Notes: generated by a model not told the origin, from the letters alone. 32,000 nt of DNA from Desulfobulbus propionicus DSM 2032 (GCF_000186885.1 NC_014972.1:3570001-3602000); one strand, 5' to 3'. Numbered from the stretch's first letter, positions 21,746 to 30,067 are shown. Program-made: numbers and translations.

Positions 21746-22125
21746 AGCTGCTGTTCGGTTTGCAAACTTAAGGTTGTAAAACCAAGACGTTTGAGTGCCT
21801 CATACACATCGACAAATAACTGGAGGGGAATATCCTTATCTGCACGGAGAATGATTGGAGTGAGCCGATCCGCATCGGCCAGAGTGGCTTCTAATCCCTC
21901 TAAAGGTATTTCCATCGAGTCAACCCAGAGCTTGCCCTCCTTGTTGACGACAAGGGTGCGCGGATGGATCGCGGCCAGTTCTTCGCTGGCCTCGGCCTTG
22001 GGCAGTTCGACCTTAATGCCGCCGGTGGCGATAAAGGTGGAGGTGGTGAGGACGATGGTTAGCAGCACCAGCATTACATCCACCAACGGGATGACATTGA
22101 GATAATCAAACTCCTTTTCGTCCAT
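21742..22125 (-). CDS. exbD: ExbD/TolR-family biopolymer transport protein
   Basis: 127 aa starting MDEKEFDYLNVIPLVDVMLVLLTIVLTT, the typical ExbD N-terminus and TM. ATGA overlap with the tonB start. Confidence 0.9.
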   Translation of the reverse strand: MDEKEFDYLNVIPLVDVMLVLLTIVLTTSTFIATGGIKVELPKAEASEELAAIHPRTLVVNKEGKLWVDSMEIPLEGLEATLADADRLTPIILRADKDIPLQLFVDVYEALKRLGFTTLSLQTEQQL

Positions 22126-22537
22126 GGCAGATATCCCATTGCATCAGCAGCACCTTGCAGCGGCGCAGCAGCAGGTTGTAGAGAGTGACCGCTGGGATGG
22201 CCACCAGCAGTCCCAAAGCCGTGGCTTTCAGCGCCAGGGCTAGGCCGGTCATGATTTTGGTGGTGTCGAAACCAGCCGCGCCGATGTCGTAAAAGGTGAG
22301 CATGATGCCCAGTACCGTGCCCAGCAGGCCGATATAGGGGGCGTTGGCGCCGATGGTGGCAATCAGGTGCAACTTATGGGAGAGGTGCAACTCCAGCACC
22401 TTCCGATCCGCGTACTGCTCGACACGCACTGCGCGATACACCAGCCAGCGTTCCATCGCCAGGGCCAGGGCTACCACACTCATGAAGAGCAGCAATCCAA
22501 GAATCCCATAATCAATCAAATTGTGAAGATATTCCAT
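22106..22537 (-). CDS. exbB: ExbB (MotA/TolQ/ExbB proton-channel family)
   Basis: Start re-called to ATG 22537 (RBS gggaggagtctcATG). 143 aa with 3 TM segments and the signature PYIGLLGTVLGIM. Confidence 0.9.
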   Translation of the reverse strand: MEYLHNLIDYGILGLLLFMSVVALALAMERWLVYRAVRVEQYADRKVLELHLSHKLHLIATIGANAPYIGLLGTVLGIMLTFYDIGAAGFDTTKIMTGLALALKATALGLLVAIPAVTLYNLLLRRCKVLLMQWDICHGRKGV

Positions 22538-22763
22538 GAGACTCCTCCCACGATGAAAGCAAAAAAAACAACGGGTTCGACAAAACAGAATCACCAACGT
22601 AAGAGCAACGGCCTTGGGCTTGCGCCTGAAAGCCACGCTCAATCGGTGGAGGGAACAGAGAGGAAAAGAAGAGATGAAGGTTCCTTTGCATAACTACTAC
22701 TCACTTGTAAAAGGAGGTAGAACGACGGCAAAGGAGCACCTGACACCGTGGCCAGCATAGAGC

Positions 22764-22806
22764 AAAAAAAAATCCCGGATCGAATACAAAAAATTCGATC
22801 CGGGAT
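22764..22806 (-). terminator. Intrinsic terminator forming the expression platform of riboswitch no.3
   Basis: Minus strand reads ATCCCGGATCGAAT-tttttgt-ATTCGATCCGGGAT followed by T9. The stem is identical to the terminator at 19422-19464. Confidence 0.8.
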
Positions 22807-22878
22807 AGCCCTATTTATCCGCAGAAATATATCAGGTACCGGGGTACGCCGCCGTCCACGCAGTCGTCTCCAAACATC

Positions 22879-23044
22879 CATTCAGGCAGGTCTTCTGGCT
22901 TCCGGCTCATCCTACTGACTGCGTCTTCCCGACCTTTTCTCAAGGTCAGTGACTTAAGGTGCAGCGTTCGTCCCCGGTCACAGCGGCGGGCCCGTCCCCG
23001 AATCGCACGGGGTTCCCTCTTGTGTTCTTGCGAACACCTGAATG
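22879..23044 (-). promoter_or_regulatory. Cobalamin (B12) riboswitch aptamer no.3 (near-duplicate of no.2)
   Basis: It has the same P1 (cattcagg/cctgaatg) and the same core as no.2. The B12 box is AGCCAGAAGACCTGCC. GTCACTG and CCCGCcGCTGT are present. Confidence 0.9.
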
Positions 23045-23049
23045 CTGGA

Positions 23050-23080
23050 AGGATAGAAACTATAGCTCCTAAAATGTCAA
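23050..23080 (-). promoter_or_regulatory. Candidate promoter for riboswitch no.3 / exbB operon
   Basis: Minus strand reads TTGACA (23080-23075), N19, TATCCT (23055-23050), then 6 nt before ATTCAGG. It is bracketed by a 9-bp inverted repeat, GGATAGAAA (23051-23059) / TTTCTATCC (23090-23098). Confidence 0.3.
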
Positions 23081-23258
23081 GAAAATATTTTTCTATCCAT
23101 CCTATTGGCCATCTCGATAATAGTAAAATGTGTAATATGGGTATAAGATCGCAACAAATTGCAATAGCGACATTTTTCACGATTACTTGACACTGCTACA
23201 CAACCACGTCGTGAGACGTGTCGAAATCTTTCCCTGCAACGCCTTCTACTTTTTTCGC

Positions 23259-23286
23259 TTGACTTTCACTGCAAACCGTCTAAACA
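23259..23286 (+). promoter_or_regulatory. Candidate promoter for riboswitch no.4 / plus-strand operon
   Basis: TTGACT (23259-23264), N16, TAAACA (23281-23286), then 6 nt before the P1 strand ATTCTCAGG at 23293. Confidence 0.4.
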
Positions 23287-23292
23287 CAGCCC

Positions 23293-23456
23293 ATTCTCAG
23301 GCGCTCGCAAGAGCTTAATAGGGAACTCCGTGTGAATCGGAGACAGGCCCGCTGCTGTATTCGGGGACGACCGCTGCATTTTGAGTCACTGACCTTGTTG
23401 TCGGGAAGACGCAGCCAGTAGGATGATCCGTGAGTCAGAAGACCTGCCTTGAGAAT
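23293..23456 (+). promoter_or_regulatory. Cobalamin (B12) riboswitch aptamer no.4
   Basis: P1 is attctcagg / ccttgagaat. The core reads aatAGGGAActccGTGtgAAtCGGagaCAGgCCCGCtGCTGT, GTCACTG and GGGAAGA, with B12 box AGTCAGAAGACCTGCC (23434-23449). Confidence 0.88.
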
Positions 23457-23516
23457 TGAGCGAATGCTTCGTGGACGGAGGCGCGCTCGCACCATATCCA
23501 CGGATAAAAAAGGGAC

Positions 23517-23561
23517 ATCCCGGATCGAATACTTTGAGTTTTCGATCCGGGATTTTTTTTT
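23517..23561 (+). terminator. Intrinsic terminator forming the expression platform of riboswitch no.4
   Basis: ATCCCGGATCGAA-tactttgagtt-TTCGATCCGGGAT followed by T9. The stem sequence matches the two minus-strand terminators. Confidence 0.8.
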
Positions 23562-23606
23562 GCCGAACCCACCTATGAAAGTGCAGGTGTCACGCAGGAG
23601 GATGGT

Positions 23607-24029
23607 ATGCAACGATGTTTCGCTGTTCTGATCGCTTTCCTGTTCGTTGTTTTTACATCCCCCCAGGCATCTGCGGTGGCCGCCACGACTGAAGACGCCG
23701 CCATTACTGCCAGCAGCTGGCTCACGCTCGTCGATGGTGGCTATTACGTGCAGAGTTGGCAAACTGCCTCCCGATTTTTTCGTTCTGCCATTGCCGAGGC
23801 CACCTGGGCCGCCTCCCTGCAAGCAGCACGTTCGCCCTTGGGCAGCCTGGTCCGCCGCGAACAACGCGCAAGCCAACTGGCGACCAGCCTACCCGGCGCA
23901 CCTGACGGCGAGTATTGCATCCTCAGTTTTGCCACCGAATTGACCAACAAAAAAACCGCCGTCGAAACCCTGACCATGATGCGTGAAGCAGACGGTCAAT
24001 GGCGGGTTGCCGGCTACTTCATCAAGTAG
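23607..24029 (+). CDS. Exported small protein, DUF4019-like
   Basis: 140 aa, RBS aggaggatggtATG, signal peptide MQRCFAVLIAFLFVVFTSPQASA. The body (SWQTASRFF...ATWAASLQAARSPLG...LPGAPDGEYCILSF...GQWRVAGYFIK) matches my recollection of the DUF4019 family. Confidence 0.75.
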   Translation: MQRCFAVLIAFLFVVFTSPQASAVAATTEDAAITASSWLTLVDGGYYVQSWQTASRFFRSAIAEATWAASLQAARSPLGSLVRREQRASQLATSLPGAPDGEYCILSFATELTNKKTAVETLTMMREADGQWRVAGYFIK

Positions 24030-24056
24030 ACAGCTCAATCTTTCCAGGAGAACGCC

Positions 24057-26099
24057 ATGCGCCCCCTTGCTTTGTTCACCCATGTCCTGCTTGTGCTGCT
24101 GTTGTGTGCAGTTGCGGTCTGCGACACCCAGGCTGGCCAATATCCGCATGCCTTCAAGGATAGCCTCGGCCGCGAGGTATCCCTGACCAGCCCGCCGCAG
24201 CGAGTGGTCTGCCTGCTCAGCTCGGTGACCGATCTGCTCTTTGAGCTGGATCGCACTGAGTTCCTGGTGGGGTTGAGCCGCCAGGACTTGCTCAATCACA
24301 GCGCCTTGCGGGTACCGAGCATGGGCAGCTTTTTCCAGCCCGATCTGGCAGCGATCTCGAACGCCAAACCGGATCTGATCATTGCCTCCACCTCGCAGCA
24401 GGCCATGCTGCAGCCGTGGTTGGATGATCCGCAGCAGCACACCAAGGTGCTCTTTTTCCGGGAAGGCTCGCTTGAGGAAGGCTTTGCCCGCATGGCCCAG
24501 ATCGGTACCCTGGTGGAACGCGAACAACAGGCGCAGGCCATCATCAATCGCAACCGCGAGCAGATCGGGCTGGTGCAGGCCCGTCTCAAACAGATGCCGC
24601 CGGAGCAGCGCAAACGGGTGGCTCGGGTGGTGGCCGGAAATGATGGTATCTCATGCCCCGGCGATGATTCCTTCCAAAACGAGATGATCGCCGCTGCCGG
24701 TGGCATCGCGCCGCAATGGGCCAAGAACGGTGGTTTTGTGGAGGTGGATGTAACCAGCTGGCAGGCCTTTAACCCGCAAATGATTTACGGCTGCGATCGC
24801 AACATGGAGGCGGTCCACAAGATGCTTGCCCAAGAAGGGTGGAAAGAGGTCGAAGCGGTGCGCAACCGGGCCATCACCCAGCTGCCCTGCTCCATCGCCT
24901 GCCAGGTGACGCCCCATGTGGGGGCCGCAGTGCAGTGGCTGGCAGCCTCCTTCTATCCGGAACTGATGGCCGATGTCGCCAAGGCGGTCAGCAACAATAC
25001 GGTGCAAGGCGAGCGGCCACTCAACCTTGATCTGCCCTATGTGGCCTCCGCCAAAGTGGTCAATCACCGGGTCAACGATGCCGACTTCAAATCCCTGGTG
25101 CTCCGCTTCACCACCCCCCAGACGGTACTCTCCACCACCGAAGGCAATGCGCAGGCCGTGCAGGCGGTGGGCAATACCTCCGTGCCCATGCATGCCAGCC
25201 TTGGCCACATGGCCTTTGGTGTCGAGCAGGTACGCAAGGATGTGGCCGCCAACCTCGGCTATACGCCGGCCACCTACACCGGCATGATGACCGGCGCCGA
25301 CATGGACAACCTCTCAATGCAGGTGCGGCGCGAGGGTGATCTGGAGGCCGTAGCCCTGGTGACCGCCGGAACGCGCGGTAACGCTCAACGGATGTCAAAG
25401 GATGTTGGCTATGCCCACGCCTCGGGCACCATCAACATCCTCCTGCTCACCAACCGCACACTCGCATCCGAGGCCATGGCCCGGGTCATCATCACCGCCA
25501 CCGAGGCCAAGACCGCCGCTCTCTTGGATCTCGATATCCGCAGCACCGCACTGCCCTGGCCCTACCCGGCCACCGGCACCGGTACGGACTCGATGATCGT
25601 GGTCCAGGGTGAAGGCCCCTTGGTCCGTTACACCGGCGGCCACGCCAAGATCGGCGAGTTGATCGCCAAGGCGGTCCACGCCGGGGTGACCGAGGCTCTC
25701 ATCGGCCAAAACGGCATCAAGGCCGGACGAAACGTCTTGCAACGACTCGATGAACGCAAACTGAGTTTGGAGCGACTGGTGCAACTCTACCCCTCCACCC
25801 TGCCGCCCCAGGAACTGGAACGCAGGCTGGAGCGAGCCCTGGAGGAGCCGGCCATTGCCGGCTTCATCGAAACCGCCCTGGCCATCAGCGATGCGTCTGG
25901 CAGCGGCCAGATTGCCAATTTGACCGCCTTTGAGCGGATGTGTTCCGCCATGAGCGAGCAGCTGACCGGCACCACCACCCTTGTCCCGGCAACTATCAAC
26001 ACCCCGGATCTCCTGCCACCGGTCATGGCCAGGGTCTTTGGCCTGCTGGTGGCCGGGTTGAGCACAGGTCCTACCACTTCCAAGGAGTCCCAACCATGA
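24057..26099 (+). CDS. Fusion protein: signal peptide + BtuF-like periplasmic binding domain + CbiZ adenosylcobinamide amidohydrolase domain
   Basis: 680 aa with N-terminal MRPLALFTHVLLVLLLCAVAVCDTQAG. Residues ~30-300 are class III binding protein-like (RVVCLLSSVTDLLFELD, NAKPDLIIAS). Residues ~330-590 carry the CbiZ motifs GTINILLLTN, IITATEAKTAALLDL, ATGTGTDSMIVV and GGHAKIGELIA. A ~90-aa helical tail follows. The stop overlaps the next ATG (ATGA). Confidence 0.85.
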   Translation: MRPLALFTHVLLVLLLCAVAVCDTQAGQYPHAFKDSLGREVSLTSPPQRVVCLLSSVTDLLFELDRTEFLVGLSRQDLLNHSALRVPSMGSFFQPDLAAISNAKPDLIIASTSQQAMLQPWLDDPQQHTKVLFFREGSLEEGFARMAQIGTLVEREQQAQAIINRNREQIGLVQARLKQMPPEQRKRVARVVAGNDGISCPGDDSFQNEMIAAAGGIAPQWAKNGGFVEVDVTSWQAFNPQMIYGCDRNMEAVHKMLAQEGWKEVEAVRNRAITQLPCSIACQVTPHVGAAVQWLAASFYPELMADVAKAVSNNTVQGERPLNLDLPYVASAKVVNHRVNDADFKSLVLRFTTPQTVLSTTEGNAQAVQAVGNTSVPMHASLGHMAFGVEQVRKDVAANLGYTPATYTGMMTGADMDNLSMQVRREGDLEAVALVTAGTRGNAQRMSKDVGYAHASGTINILLLTNRTLASEAMARVIITATEAKTAALLDLDIRSTALPWPYPATGTGTDSMIVVQGEGPLVRYTGGHAKIGELIAKAVHAGVTEALIGQNGIKAGRNVLQRLDERKLSLERLVQLYPSTLPPQELERRLERALEEPAIAGFIETALAISDASGSGQIANLTAFERMCSAMSEQLTGTTTLVPATINTPDLLPPVMARVFGLLVAGLSTGPTTSKESQP

Positions 26100-29000
26100 A
26101 CCGCCTTTGTCTGCTCGTGCTGCTCCTGCTCGGTTGGGTGCAGTCGGCCCCGGCAATGCCCACCGCCAAGGTGGCTATCCTCGAAATCGATATCAACGGC
26201 TATCAGTTGCAGCAGGCTATTGGAGCCCTTGAACTGCCGCCCGCCATCGAAACCCGATTCTTCACCCTGGAGGACCTGGAGCACGATCCTCGTGCCAAGG
26301 ACTTTGTGCGCGAATCCTCGGTGGTCTTGGTCAACGTCATGGCCAACCAACTGGCCAGCTACATGATCGATCAACAACTGCTGACCGGCCGCGCGGTCTA
26401 TGGCCTCAACCAGGCCAGCAACCCCGAAGAACTCACCAAGAAAGGTTTTGTGTTTGACCGCGAAATCATGGCCTATTACCGCCACATGAGCCTGGCCAAT
26501 ATGGTCAACCTGGTACGACTGGCCGCACACCGCCACATCGACCAGGCCATCAGCTATCAACCGGTCGAGATCCTGCCCGAAATCTGCCTCCATCATCCCG
26601 ATGCACCGCGCACCTTCACCACGGTTGCTGACTACCTCGCCTGGGACCGGCAGCGGCCGGGATACCAGGCCGACCGGCCCCGGGTGGCCATCCTCGAATA
26701 CAACAACAGCCTCAAGGTGGGCCAGGTGGAGGCGGTGGACAAACTCATCCGCCGCCTGGAGGCTGGTGGCCTTGCCGTACTGCCCTGCTTCGGGTCGCTG
26801 CAGCAAACCCTGACCCAATACCTCCAGCCCATTGACGGCAAGCCGCCGGTGGATCTGGTGCTGGCCTTTACCCTCAAGTTCGCCTCAGCTCTCAACGAGG
26901 AGGTTCGGATTGCCCTGGAGCGGCTGAATGTACCACTGTTCAACGTCATCTCCACCTATGCCGAGACCGTGGATGAGTGGCGGCAGAGCCCTGTGGGGAT
27001 CAGTCCGATGGCCTCTGCCTGGGCCGTGGCTACGCCCGAGTTTTCCGGCGCCATTGAGCCGACGGTGCTGCTGGGCAAGCAGCAACTGGTCGATCCGCTC
27101 AGTGGCCGCAAGCTCTATGTGAGCGAGACCGTGGATGAAGCGATCGATTTTCTCATCCCCCGGCTGCACAACTGGGCCGCCCTGCAACGCATGGCCAACC
27201 CCGACAAAAAGGTGGCTATCCTCTACTACAACCACAGTCAAGGTAAGCAGAACATCGCCGCCGCCTACCTCAACGTCTTCCGCAGCCTGCAAACCATCCT
27301 TGCCCGCATGCAGGCCGAGGGCTACCGCATCGACAAGCCCGAACGACTGAACGAGGAACAGATTCAACAACTGGTGCTGGCCAGCGGCCGCAACATCGGC
27401 TCCTGGGCGCCGGGCGAACTCGACAACCTGCTGGCCTCCGGCGGGGTGGAGCAGGTGAGCATCGAGGAGTACACCACCTGGTTTGAACGGTTGCCCGGAG
27501 CCTTCAAAAAACCGGTGATCGCCCAATGGGGCCAGCCCAAGGACTGCGCCATCATGACCAGAGACGGAAAGCTGGTCTTCCCCATGGTCAAGCTGGGCAA
27601 CGTGGTGCTGCTGCCGGAACCGGCGCGCGGTTGGTCCGATGATCCGATGAAGCTCTACCACGATACCACCCTCTACCCGCACCACCAGTACATTGCCGCC
27701 TATTTGTGGCTCAAGGAAAAATTCCACGCCGACGCCATGATCCACCTCGGCACCCATGCCACCTACGAATGGCTGCCGGGCAAGCAAGCCGGGCTGGCGC
27801 CCTCGGACCCGCCGGAGATCATGGTCGGTACCATCCCTAACATCTACCCCTACATCGTTGACGATGTCGGCGAGGGGGTGCAGGCCAAGCGGCGCGGCCG
27901 GGGGGTAATCGTCGACCACCTCACCCCGCCGATGAAGGAGGCCGACCTGCACCATGAATACAAGCAGCTGGGTGATCTCTTCAAGCAGTATGAGACGGCC
28001 CGCACCGTTGGCAGCGAAACCGTGCCTGAGTATCGGAACAAGATCGGCCAACTGGTGGAGAAGATGGGCATTGCCAAGGATCTGCGCCTGACCACCATGG
28101 ATGAGGCAGCCATGGAAAAAATCCATCTCTACCTCCACGAGATCGACGACAACTCGCTGCCCTTTGGCCTGCACACCTTTGGCAAGGCCTACGCCGAGGA
28201 TGCCACCGCCTCGACCATTGAGCTCATTCAAAAGCAAAATCCCCAGGCCGATGACGACAAGATTCGCAAGGACCTGGAGGGCTCGCCCCTGCGGGAGATG
28301 AACAACCTCATCCGCGGCTTGAACGGCGAATATGTGCCGCCGGGCGAGGGCAACGATCCGCTGCGCAACCTGGCCGCCATCCCCACGGGCAAGAACTTTT
28401 ACGGATTTTCCCCGGCCAAGGTGCCATCCAAGGCGGCCTGGGCCGTGGGCAAACGTGCTGCCGAGGAGATGATCCGCGCCAAACAGGAGAAGGAGGGCCA
28501 CTATCCGGAAAAGGTGGGCGTGGTGCTCTGGGCCACCGAGACCACTCGCAACGAGGGGGTGCATGAGGCGACCATCCTCTGGTTGATGGGGGTGGAGCCG
28601 GTTTGGGATGCAAGCGACCGGGTCACCGGCAGTCGGGTGGTGCCCGGCCGGGAACTGGGACGGCCGCGCATCGACGTGCTGATCAATCCCTCCGGCTTGT
28701 ATCGCGACATGTATCCGGAAAAGCTGTTGTTCCTCGACGAGGCGGTGCAGCAGGCCCTGGCCCAGACCGATATTGAAAACTTCCTCGCCCGCAACCAGGT
28801 GACGATCAAAAAAGCCCTGCTGGCCAAGGGCATGAGTGAGCAGGAGGCCGATGAGCAGTCGCGCTTTCGCATCTTCACCGAAGCGGTCGGTTCCTATGGC
28901 AACGGGGTCGAGGAGATGGCCGGCGCCTCCGGGCTCTGGGATTCGGATGAGTCGATAAGCAACATCTACCTCAACCGGGTGCAGTTCGCCGTCGGCCGGG

Positions 29001-30067
29001 GCAAGTGGGCCGTGCCGGTGAAGGAGACCTTCACCGAGAACCTGCGCGGTGTGGACACCGCTGTGCATTCTCGTTCCAGCAATGTCATCGGCATCATCGA
29101 TACCGACGATTTCTTCATGTACCTGGGCGGCATGTCGCTGGCGGTGAAGAATGTGCGCGGTCAGGCCCCGGACACCCTGGTCACCATGCACCGCAAGAAG
29201 GATGAGCTGGGAGTGGAGGACGTGGCCAAGACCATCGGCATGGAGATGCGCACCCGCTACCTCAACCCCCAGTGGATCGAGGGCATGAAGCGCGAGAATT
29301 ACGGCGGCGCTCGGCAGATGGCCGACTTTGCCGAAAATCTCTGGGGCTGGCAGGTAACGGTGCGTGACGCGGTCGGCGCCGACAAGTGGCAGCAGATTTT
29401 CGAGGTCTACGTGGAGGATAAGTACGGCCAGGGCTTGGCCGAATTTTTCGATAAGCACAACCCCTGGGCCTACCAGTCGATGACCGCACGTATGCTGGAG
29501 GCGGTGCGAAAGGGCTACTGGCAGGCGGACGAACAGGTGACCAAAAAACTGGCCGCCGAGTATGCCACCAACGTCATCCAGCGCGGCGTGGCCTGCTGCG
29601 ATCATACCTGCAACAACCCCATGCTCAACCAGATGGTGGTCAACCTCATCTCCATGCCCGGCGTGCTCAGCCCGCAGATGGTGGAACAGTTCAAACTGGC
29701 CATCGAGCAGATGGCCAAGAAAAGTTTAGAGCAGCAGACCGCCGAACGGGCGGAACTGATCACCAGATTGAACGAGGTTCCGGCCGGGGAGCAAAAGCAG
29801 CAGGCGACCGAACCGCCACCGCAGCAACAGCCTGAGCAGACGAAGTCCAACCAGGAGATGCAACAACCCGAGCCGGTGCCGGAGAAGGAGGCCAAGGCGA
29901 CCGAAGACGGCAAGGCCCCGGAAAACGTCCAGGGCTACAAGATGGAGGAGATTAAAACCAAGGATGAATCCACCGAGCTGAGTTCCTCGGGTATCCAATG
30001 GGCGGCGAGTCTGTTTGTGCTGGTGGTGCTGGCGCTGTTTGTGTGGGGCTCGCGGCGGAGATGGTGA
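26096..30067 (+). CDS. CobN/Mg-chelatase-family protein, exported form with signal peptide and C-terminal membrane anchor (HmuS-like architecture)
   Basis: Start re-called to ATG 26096 (MNRLCLLVLLLLGWVQSAPA/MPTAK). 1323 aa. CobN motifs are HLGTHATYEWLPGK, NIYPYIVDDVGEGVQAKRR and DHLTP. The C-terminus has a P/Q/E/K-rich linker, then SSSGIQWAASLFVLVVLALFVWGSRRRW (TM helix plus Arg cluster) at the extreme end. Confidence 0.9.
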   Translation: MNRLCLLVLLLLGWVQSAPAMPTAKVAILEIDINGYQLQQAIGALELPPAIETRFFTLEDLEHDPRAKDFVRESSVVLVNVMANQLASYMIDQQLLTGRAVYGLNQASNPEELTKKGFVFDREIMAYYRHMSLANMVNLVRLAAHRHIDQAISYQPVEILPEICLHHPDAPRTFTTVADYLAWDRQRPGYQADRPRVAILEYNNSLKVGQVEAVDKLIRRLEAGGLAVLPCFGSLQQTLTQYLQPIDGKPPVDLVLAFTLKFASALNEEVRIALERLNVPLFNVISTYAETVDEWRQSPVGISPMASAWAVATPEFSGAIEPTVLLGKQQLVDPLSGRKLYVSETVDEAIDFLIPRLHNWAALQRMANPDKKVAILYYNHSQGKQNIAAAYLNVFRSLQTILARMQAEGYRIDKPERLNEEQIQQLVLASGRNIGSWAPGELDNLLASGGVEQVSIEEYTTWFERLPGAFKKPVIAQWGQPKDCAIMTRDGKLVFPMVKLGNVVLLPEPARGWSDDPMKLYHDTTLYPHHQYIAAYLWLKEKFHADAMIHLGTHATYEWLPGKQAGLAPSDPPEIMVGTIPNIYPYIVDDVGEGVQAKRRGRGVIVDHLTPPMKEADLHHEYKQLGDLFKQYETARTVGSETVPEYRNKIGQLVEKMGIAKDLRLTTMDEAAMEKIHLYLHEIDDNSLPFGLHTFGKAYAEDATASTIELIQKQNPQADDDKIRKDLEGSPLREMNNLIRGLNGEYVPPGEGNDPLRNLAAIPTGKNFYGFSPAKVPSKAAWAVGKRAAEEMIRAKQEKEGHYPEKVGVVLWATETTRNEGVHEATILWLMGVEPVWDASDRVTGSRVVPGRELGRPRIDVLINPSGLYRDMYPEKLLFLDEAVQQALAQTDIENFLARNQVTIKKALLAKGMSEQEADEQSRFRIFTEAVGSYGNGVEEMAGASGLWDSDESISNIYLNRVQFAVGRGKWAVPVKETFTENLRGVDTAVHSRSSNVIGIIDTDDFFMYLGGMSLAVKNVRGQAPDTLVTMHRKKDELGVEDVAKTIGMEMRTRYLNPQWIEGMKRENYGGARQMADFAENLWGWQVTVRDAVGADKWQQIFEVYVEDKYGQGLAEFFDKHNPWAYQSMTARMLEAVRKGYWQADEQVTKKLAAEYATNVIQRGVACCDHTCNNPMLNQMVVNLISMPGVLSPQMVEQFKLAIEQMAKKSLEQQTAERAELITRLNEVPAGEQKQQATEPPPQQQPEQTKSNQEMQQPEPVPEKEAKATEDGKAPENVQGYKMEEIKTKDESTELSSSGIQWAASLFVLVVLALFVWGSRRRW

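Noticed and set aside
22538-22642. In-frame 35-aa upstream extension of exbB (track start 22642)
   Set aside because: The ATG at 22537 has a GGAGGAG RBS and gives a complete 3-TM ExbB. The extension is Cys/Arg/Phe-rich and unlike ExbB N-termini.
23280-23876. 198-aa minus-strand ORF spanning riboswitch no.4 and the start of the DUF4019-like gene
   Set aside because: It covers a well-defined plus-strand riboswitch and terminator and is antisense to a gene with an RBS and signal peptide. It has no motifs.
24027-24059. The DUF4019-like ORF and the BtuF-CbiZ ORF are in the same frame, raising the idea of stop-codon read-through or selenocysteine
   Set aside because: The intervening stop is TAG, not TGA. 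The downstream gene has its own RBS (caggagaacgccATG) and its own signal peptide, so these are two separate genes.
26885-29605. 906-aa ORF on the minus strand opposite the exported CobN-like gene
   Set aside because: Its composition is dominated by G/A/L/H/R/V runs with no recognisable motifs. It lies entirely antisense to a gene with strong CobN motifs, a signal peptide and operon context, so it is a typical shadow ORF of GC-rich DNA.
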